A stretch of DNA of 64,000 nucleotides, from NCBI GenBank assembly GCA_963706325.1, contig CAVPLT010000004.1:1056001-1120000 (forward strand), written 5' to 3'. The position numbers and the translations under genes were made by a program. Each line of letters opens with the position of its first letter. Positions within the stretch are counted from its first letter, which is position 1. Source of the DNA: an uncultured Nitrospiraceae bacterium (GTDB lineage: Bacteria > Nitrospirota > Nitrospiria > Nitrospirales > Nitrospiraceae). The notes under the pieces are model-generated. The model did not search any database, had not been told where the DNA came from, and saw only the letters and a list, made by a program, of their open reading frames with translations. Positions 57,627 through 64,000 of the stretch are shown here, one piece after another.

Positions 57627-58486
57627 TAATCCTGACCTTTAATGAAGAGAGTAACATTGGTGCTTGTTTGGAAAGCGTTATCCCATGGGCCCAGGAGGTA
57701 TTGGTCGTAGATTCGGGGAGTACAGACCGTACTTTGGACATTGTGGGATCTTATGGAGCGAGAGTCTTTAGCCACCCGTTCCAAAACTATTCACACCAAA
57801 GAAACTGGGCTCAGGAGAACTTACCGTTATCTTATGAATGGGTATTTCATATCGATGCTGACGAACGAGTATCGCTCGAACTTGCCCAAGGCGTCCGCAA
57901 GTTCTTCAGTGACGCATCAAACGAACAGCACGTTTCAGGGCTCATGGTTCGGCGCAAGATAATATTTTTCGGAAAACCCATCGTGCATGGCGGCCTTTAT
58001 CCCACTTATCACTGCAGAATCTTTCGGAAACAGCGTGGCCGTTGTGAAGACCGAGAGTACGACCAACACTTTCTAATTGATGGCAAAACCTGCACGATCG
58101 AGGCAGACTTATTGGAACTCACCGCCACCTCTCTCTTTTCATGGACTGCTAGGCATAACAAGTGGGCACAAATGGAGGCCAAGCAGCTGTTACTTGGAAC
58201 TCGTGAGGGCCAAGCCGTTTCTGTTCAACCAAAACTTACTGGTTCGCCGATTGAACGACGAAGATGGTTACGGGCCCGTGTGTATGAAAGTTCTCCGCTG
58301 TTTTTACGGCCCTTATTGTACTTCTTCACACGATACCTGTTTAGAGGGGGATTTCTGGATGGCACCCCAGGTCTGATTTATCACGTCTTGCAGGGCTTCT
58401 GGTTTCGGTTTTATGTGGACGCGTGTTGCTACGAACTGCATCAACGCGAGAAGCCCTCGCTTACACGGTATTCCGAAAAGAAATAG
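57596..58486 (+). CDS. Glycosyltransferase family 2
   Basis: SVIILTFNEE, VDSGSTD, QRNWA, HIDADE, GFLDG. Confidence 0.9.
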   Translation: MSPSMLPLSVIILTFNEESNIGACLESVIPWAQEVLVVDSGSTDRTLDIVGSYGARVFSHPFQNYSHQRNWAQENLPLSYEWVFHIDADERVSLELAQGVRKFFSDASNEQHVSGLMVRRKIIFFGKPIVHGGLYPTYHCRIFRKQRGRCEDREYDQHFLIDGKTCTIEADLLELTATSLFSWTARHNKWAQMEAKQLLLGTREGQAVSVQPKLTGSPIERRRWLRARVYESSPLFLRPLLYFFTRYLFRGGFLDGTPGLIYHVLQGFWFRFYVDACCYELHQREKPSLTRYSEKK

Positions 58487-58536
58487 CCTGCAGCTAGGAT
58501 TGTTCATTCCTCCTGAGCACCACAACATCGTTACAA

Positions 58537-59754
58537 ATGAAATTATTCTTCGTCAATCGTTTCTTCTATCCGGACCATTCAGCCACCAGCCAGCTTTTAA
58601 CGGACTTGGCATGTTGTTTGGCTCGATTAAATATGGACGTTTGGGTGGTAACCGGTCGGCAGGCCTACGACAATCCTGATGCTATCTTGGAGGATGGGAA
58701 CTTGGTGCAAGGTGTCCACATCATACGCCTGTGGTCCAGCCGCTTCGGACGCCAACGGTTATGGGGACGAGCGATCGACTATGGCACCTTTTATTTGAGC
58801 GCGCTATGGTGCTTGCTAAGAAGCGTCCAAGCCGGTGACGTCGTCGTTGCCAAGACGGACCCCCCTTTGATTTCAGTCATCGCCGACGTTGCCACCAGGT
58901 TGCGAGGCGCAATCCTGATCAATTGGATTGAAGACCTATTTCCCGAAGTTGCCTCGGCCTTGGCTCTGCAGGGAACCGGTTGGCTCGAGCGCCCGCTCCG
59001 TACCATTAGGAATAGATCGCTGCTGACAGCCCGACGAAATGTCGTCATTGGGGAGGGTATGGCAAAGAGGCTTCGAGGGGAGGGGATTCCATCTGACAGT
59101 ATTAAGGTAATCCACAATTGGGCCGATGGACTGGCCATTCAACCCATTGATGCCCAGAAAAACGAGCTAAGGCGCGAGTGGAATCTTGACGATAAATTCG
59201 TGGTGGGCTACTCAGGTAATTTTGGAAGGGCTCATGAGTTCCGCACGATCCTTTCAGCAGCGGAGATCCTTCGAGATCATACACGTATCATATTTCTCTT
59301 CATTGGAGCCGGTGCCCAATTGGCATCGATGCGCCATGAAGTTGAAAGTAAACGATTGAGAAATGTCATATTCAAGCCCTATCAGCCACGGGATCAGCTT
59401 TCGATGAGTCTCAGCGTGCCTGACATTCATGTGATTTCGCTTTTGCCCGCACTCGAAGGCTTGATCGTTCCAAGCAAATTTTATGGTATTGCAGCAGCAG
59501 GAAGGCCGATGCTCTATATCGGCGACAAGGAGGGAGAACTTCCACAGTTGATACGAAGCGGGCAATGTGGCTTCTCGGTGGAGGTGCATCAGGACAAGGA
59601 AGCAGCCGCTGTCATTAACAGGGTGGCTCGAGATACGGCCGCTTGCAGGCGATTAGGAGATCGGGCACGGATTCTATTCCACCAGCGATTCGAGAGATCT
59701 TATGCGGAGCGAGCATGGCAAAGGGTGATCGCAGAAGCAATACATCAGGCATGA
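58537..59754 (+). CDS. Glycosyltransferase family 4 (WbuB/WcaI-like)
   Basis: NRFFYPDHSAT, TDPP, DLFPE, HNWAD, YSGNFGRAH, VPSKFYGIAAAGRP. Confidence 0.92.
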   Translation: MKLFFVNRFFYPDHSATSQLLTDLACCLARLNMDVWVVTGRQAYDNPDAILEDGNLVQGVHIIRLWSSRFGRQRLWGRAIDYGTFYLSALWCLLRSVQAGDVVVAKTDPPLISVIADVATRLRGAILINWIEDLFPEVASALALQGTGWLERPLRTIRNRSLLTARRNVVIGEGMAKRLRGEGIPSDSIKVIHNWADGLAIQPIDAQKNELRREWNLDDKFVVGYSGNFGRAHEFRTILSAAEILRDHTRIIFLFIGAGAQLASMRHEVESKRLRNVIFKPYQPRDQLSMSLSVPDIHVISLLPALEGLIVPSKFYGIAAAGRPMLYIGDKEGELPQLIRSGQCGFSVEVHQDKEAAAVINRVARDTAACRRLGDRARILFHQRFERSYAERAWQRVIAEAIHQA

Positions 59755-59791
59755 AACTATTTCATTCGCTGCGTTTAAACGGAGTAATCAA

Positions 59792-60709
59792 ATGATGAAA
59801 AGCACTCGCACCATTGTGACGTTAGGTGTAGTGTCCGTGCTCGGGATTCTGGCAATGGCGATGTCGGACAGCACTATAACGACGCCCATCGCTCAGGCCA
59901 AAGCCGTGCCGGAGAAGAAACCGTTCATGGTGCTTGACGGTACGCTCTATACCGACAAACCGGATCTTTCTCAGCACGGAATCCAACCCATCACTATGGC
60001 TTATGTGAGCCAGTTCGGAAATGATTGGTACAAGAATGCGTCACGTTTGCCTGAAAAGGCGGCTGTGCAAAAACTAGCCCGCGAAGCCCAAGAAAATACA
60101 CGTCCTGTGGTGCTCGATATCGAACATTGGTCACTGAAGGGAAATTCCAGCCAAGTGCAGGATAGCCTATCAAAGTACATGACCGTCCTGCAGTGGTTCA
60201 AAGAGGCGGCTCCGGGTTTGACTGTCGGCTACTATGGAGCTCCGCCCTTGCGCGACTACTGGAGGGCAATTAGTCCACCGACAAGCAAGGAGCGGAAATC
60301 GCTTTCAGAAGATAATGATCGGCTTCAACCTCTGGCAGAAGCGGTGGATATCCTATTTCCCCCACTCTACACCTTCTATACCGACCAAGGCGGATGGGTA
60401 CGATATGCATATGGCCAGATAGCAGAAGCGCGACGCTGTGCAAATGGAAAGCCCGTCTATGTGTTTCTATGGCCTCAATACCACGACTCCAACCGCAAGC
60501 TCGCGGGATCGTATCTACCGGCTGATTACTGGCGGCTCGAATTGGAAACTGCGAAGCAATACGCCGATGGGATTGTTCTTTGGGGTGGGTGGGGAAGCAA
60601 CAATCGGCCAGCCAAATGGGAGGACAATGCCGTCTGGTGGAAAGTGACAAAAGATTTCATGGCGACGGTCGTGTCATCCAATCATCCGGCCGATATAAAA
60701 CCGAATTAG
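59792..60709 (+). CDS. Secreted glycoside hydrolase-like protein (GH56/hyaluronidase-like TIM barrel)
   Basis: Signal peptide; VLDIEHW, VGYYG, NDRL...LFPPLY, IAEARR, PVYVF, ADGIVLWG in the GH56 motif order. Confidence 0.6.
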   Translation: MMKSTRTIVTLGVVSVLGILAMAMSDSTITTPIAQAKAVPEKKPFMVLDGTLYTDKPDLSQHGIQPITMAYVSQFGNDWYKNASRLPEKAAVQKLAREAQENTRPVVLDIEHWSLKGNSSQVQDSLSKYMTVLQWFKEAAPGLTVGYYGAPPLRDYWRAISPPTSKERKSLSEDNDRLQPLAEAVDILFPPLYTFYTDQGGWVRYAYGQIAEARRCANGKPVYVFLWPQYHDSNRKLAGSYLPADYWRLELETAKQYADGIVLWGGWGSNNRPAKWEDNAVWWKVTKDFMATVVSSNHPADIKPN

Positions 60710-60891
60710 CCGTTCTCTACCGTGACGTGCTCAAGCTGACGGAAGATCGCCTCATTCCGAGACATATGGGGTGAAAAACCAACTTGAGTTGTTGCTCAAG
60801 CAGATTTTACGACCCAACTTAATAAAGTAAAATTTGAAGTCACTATACCACTGGCAGCCCATTGAACAGCACACATATAGAGGCACCAAGC

Positions 60892-61686
60892 ATGAACATA
60901 ATAGCAACAGACAAAAAACCCCTTACAGCTCAATATAACGAAAGATTTTACAACTCTCAGATGGACGGTTCTTATCGTAGTGCAAGTGAGTATGTAAAGT
61001 ACCTATCACAGTTATACCAGCCAGAAAGCGTCATTGATTTCGGATGCGGAAGAGGCACTTGGTTAAAAGCCTTCAAAGACATAGGAGTTGAGCGACTAGT
61101 CGGTTTGGATGGGAAATGGAATAGTCAAGGTAGAATGGTAGAGCAATCAATAAAATTTGTTCCAGTTGATCTAAACGGGCCCGTTAACATATCCGAAAAA
61201 TTCGACATAGCTATTTCGCTCGAAGTAGCAGAACACCTTAAAGACTCCTCTGCCGATAGCTTCGTAAATAACATGATTGCCTCTTCGGATGTGGTTATGT
61301 TCGGCGCTGCCTACCCTTCGCAAGGCGGCACTGACCATATGAATGAACAGCCGCCTACCTATTGGGCAAATATTTTCTTGAAATATGGGTATGTACCGTA
61401 TGACATTTTTAGACCAGTATTTTGGGGGAGTCCAACAGTTAGCTTCTGGTATCAACAAAACACTTTTTTATACGTTAGATCCAGTTCTAGAGTTAACGAA
61501 ACACTGAAAAACATGGGTCATAAACCAATACTAAACACTGCATTTATGAATTGTGTCCACCCAACCCTGTACAATTTGAAACTATCGTCCTTATCTGTAA
61601 AATCAATGGTTATTCATTCAATCAAAAAGGCTATTCCGAAAAGACTATATCCCGTAGCACTCAGAATCAAAGATTTCCTCACCTAA
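60892..61686 (+). CDS. Class I SAM-dependent methyltransferase (low GC)
   Basis: VIDFGCGRG, SLEVAEHL, QGGTDHMNEQ, WYQQN. Confidence 0.88.
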   Translation: MNIIATDKKPLTAQYNERFYNSQMDGSYRSASEYVKYLSQLYQPESVIDFGCGRGTWLKAFKDIGVERLVGLDGKWNSQGRMVEQSIKFVPVDLNGPVNISEKFDIAISLEVAEHLKDSSADSFVNNMIASSDVVMFGAAYPSQGGTDHMNEQPPTYWANIFLKYGYVPYDIFRPVFWGSPTVSFWYQQNTFLYVRSSSRVNETLKNMGHKPILNTAFMNCVHPTLYNLKLSSLSVKSMVIHSIKKAIPKRLYPVALRIKDFLT

Positions 61687-61729
61687 GCCAAATATTTTTG
61701 CCTTTCATAACTATAAAAGGGGAGAAATG

Positions 61730-61878
61730 TTGGAAATGCTTCTTCCGGCTATGGCGTGGCAGCCCGATAGACTTGCCCTTTCCCCCGTCCGGTTCACCAC
61801 CACAAGGAAGTTGACTCCTGTGGCATAGGCTCCCGTAACTCGAAACAGTCAAAAGGAGAATTTTCTGGCACACTAACC
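61730..61878 (-). mobile_element. Possible IS terminal fragment (IS256-like end)
   Basis: Minus strand begins GGTTAGTGTGCCAGAAAA exactly where the neighbouring IS3 orfA fragment is cut; family guess is weak and the left boundary is approximate. Confidence 0.3.
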
Positions 61879-62148
61879 GAAGAGTGAGACGTCTGAGGCC
61901 GAGGCCGCCGGCACCCACGGGCTAACCGTGGCCGAGGTGGAGGACTGGCGGGAGAAATTTCTGTTGGGGCGGAGCACTCAAGAAAGGCAGCCGACGTTCC
62001 AGACCTTTGAGGAGGCGCGGCAAATCATTCGAGACTGGATCTAGTGGTACAACCACGCGCGCCCGCATCAGGCCTTGGGCTATCGAAGCCTGGTTTAATA
62101 CCGAGCCCAACCATCAATCCAGGTGGCTTGATTTCGGGGAGCACTACA
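61879..62148 (+). mobile_element. Internally deleted IS3-family remnant with right end
   Basis: orfA piece ETSEAEAAGTHGLTVAEVEDWREKFLLG; orfB end FEEARQIIRDWI*WYNHARPHQALGY; ends GATTTCGGGGAGCACTACA (3'-CA terminus). Confidence 0.75.
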
Positions 62149-62797
62149 CGATTCTGAAAGAGGCCGATGCGGGTCGTCCCATCAATGAAATCTGGCGACA
62201 CTACGGCATCGACTCGGCAACGTACTACAAATGGAAGGCGAAGTGCGGCGGCCTCGATGCGTCGGATGTGAAGCGGTTGAAGGACCTGTAGCACGAGAAC
62301 GGTCGGCTCAAACGGATGTATTCCGACCTCTCGTTGGAGAACCCGGCGCGAAAGGATGTCCTCGCAAAAAAGCTCTCAGGGTTGTTGAACGGCGGGAGGT
62401 CGTGACGCATCTGGTCACGGTGCACGGCCTTCCGGTTCAGCGGGGCTGCCGCGTGATGGGATAGAACCGGGCGACATACGATCGCTCCCTCGTGGATTGG
62501 GCCGGACGCGATGCCCCGGTGATCGCGGCGCTGACCACGCTCGTGGCCGCAAAGAGCGCTGGGGCTTTTGGAAGTGTTGTGATCGGCTCCAACTCGATGG
62601 CCATCCCTGGAATCAGAAACGACGATGGCGGGTGGACTGGCACCTCCGGTTCCACTTGCCGCGACGGACGAAGGAGCGGCTGCCGCCTCGTCGTGCTGCC
62701 CCATGCCAATGCGGTCTGGGCCGTCGATTTTATGAGCGACACGCTCGATGGCGGCCGTCGGGTCCGGACGTTATACGTGCTGGATGAAGGTGTCCGC
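62149..62797 (+). mobile_element. Truncated IS3-family (IS407-group-like) transposase pseudogene
   Basis: ILKEADAG...SATYYKWKAKCGGLDASDVKRLKDL*HENGRLKRMY; AAAAAAG slippery site at ~62366; orfB WGFWK, WNQKR, WAVDFMSDTL..GRRVRTLYVLDE; in-frame stops. Confidence 0.85.
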
Positions 62798-63359
62798 AGT
62801 CCCGACAGCCTGACGCACGCGCTGTACGAGGCGGCGACGGCGGCGCTCGGCGGGGCGGGACACGAGGTCGTCGGCCTCGACCTGTACGCCGAGGGGCTGG
62901 CGCCGGCCATGTCCGCGGCGGAGCGGCGCGCGCTACCACACGGACCAGCCCATCCTCGATCCGCAGGTCGCCCGGCACGCCGAGCTGGTGCGCACGACCG
63001 AGGCGCTGGTGTTCGTGTACCCCACGTGGTGGGCGGCGCCGCCCGCCATCCTGAAGGGGTGGCTCGAGCGGGTGCTCGTGCCGGGCGTGGCCTTCCACCT
63101 CGATCCGAGGACGAGGCAAGGTGGCCGCGGCCTGCGGCACGTGCGCCGGCTCGTCGGCATCACGACCTACGGGTCGTCGCGCCGGTACGTGCGGTGCTCG
63201 GCGATCCGGCCGGCGCACGCTTCATGCGGGCGCTGCGGATGCTGTGCGCCCGTCGGTGCCGGCGCACGTGGCTCGCCCTGTACGGGATGGACACCGCCAC
63301 CGTCGGCGAGCCGGCGCGGTTCCTCGACCGCGTCGCCGCAACGGATGGCCCGGCTGTGA
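62798..63359 (+). pseudogene. Flavodoxin-2 / NAD(P)H-dependent oxidoreductase, 5'-truncated and frameshifted
   Basis: SPDSLTHAL..DLYAEG; FVYPTWWAAPPAILKGWLERV; ITTYGS; pieces lie in different frames. Confidence 0.7.
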
Positions 63360-63960
63360 GGGCGGAGGTGCTCGTGCACGCCCATCCGGTGGCCACCAGC
63401 TTCAGCGCCGCGCTGCGGGACTGCGCCGTGGCGGCGCTCGCGGCGCGCGGTCGACGACGTCGACGTGCTCGACCTGTACGCCGAGGGCTTCGACCCCTAC
63501 CTCGACGCCGACGAGTGGGTCGCCGTGGACCGGATACGCCCGGCGCGGGCGAGGACCGTCCGGACGACTCGCCGCCTACATCGCCCGCCTGCGCCGCGCC
63601 GACCACCTCGTGTTCGTCTACCCGACGTGGTTCGGGGGCCCGCCGGCGATGTTCAAGGGCTGGCTCGACCGCGTGTGGGTGGAAGGCGTGGCCTTCGAGA
63701 AGGTGCCCGGCAGCAACCGGCCCCGCGCCCGCCTGCAGCACGTCCGTTCGATCACGGTGATCACGACGTACGGCTCGTCGCGGCGGGTCAACATCGCTCG
63801 AGGGCGAGCCGGGCAAGCGCCTCGTCGCCGGTGGCTGCGGGTGCTGTGCCACCCGCTGGCCCGATCGCGCTGGCTCGCGCTCTACGACATGGACCGCACC
63901 ACCGACGCCGGCGCGGCGCCGTTCCTCGACCGCGTCGAGCGGGCATGGCCGCCTCGAGCG
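63356..63960 (+). pseudogene. Second flavodoxin-2 / NAD(P)H-dependent oxidoreductase, frameshifted
   Basis: GTGA-coupled; VHAHP..SF; DLYAEGFDP; FVYPTWFGGPPAMFKGWLDRVW; ITTYGS; several indels; end approximate. Confidence 0.7.
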
Positions 63961-64000
63961 GATCACGGGTCCACGCCGGTCCTCGCCCACGATGCGCGAG

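Noticed and set aside
62492..63760. 422-aa ORF appearing to fuse a transposase with an oxidoreductase
   Set aside because: Strings together out-of-frame pieces across a probable chimeric junction
1..64000. CRISPR arrays, tRNA or rRNA genes
   Set aside because: No spaced direct-repeat array or recognisable RNA gene seen by eye; the window is almost fully protein coding

Overview
Bacterial motility and surface-glycan region. Gene content, gene order and ~57% GC (spot counts) suggest a Nitrospira-like (Nitrospirota) genome; this is an inference, not a database result. Order: flgL end-csrA-fliW; a hybrid kinase/HD-GYP pair back-to-back with a YcgR-like PilZ gene; a ~19 kb flagellin glycosylation island (6348-25689); fliC-flaG-fliD-fliS-fliT-like; PilZ and FlhG-like genes; chemotaxis genes (HTH, cheR, cheY, cheZ, cheA, cheV, cheB, MCP, cheW); motAB; DUF420; a STAS/PP2C/HPt/anti-sigma-kinase partner-switching operon; a heparinase II/III-like gene divergent from a Wzx/Wzy polysaccharide locus; nested IS debris; and an abrupt switch at ~62798 to ~75% GC, indel-riddled sequence that is probably chimeric. 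The best candidate for an undescribed system is the glycosylation island. It combines HddA/HddC, a Cj1427-like heptose C4-dehydrogenase, a ColD-type (His-for-Lys) C3-dehydratase, a YerE-like ThDP enzyme, an aminotransferase and a B12 radical SAM enzyme, which together predict a C4-branched 3-deoxy-heptose. A 1786-aa six-module methyltransferase/glycosyltransferase and two GT9 enzymes would transfer it. Other highlights: a CheA with a tandem MshEN-like motif where P2 normally sits, a CxxCH heme chemoreceptor, a secreted GH56 (hyaluronidase)-like protein, eight sigma28-type promoters with a shared TNAAG-N15-RCCGAWA layout, and CsrA hairpins in the fliC leader. All family assignments come from motif recognition by eye; no searches were run.
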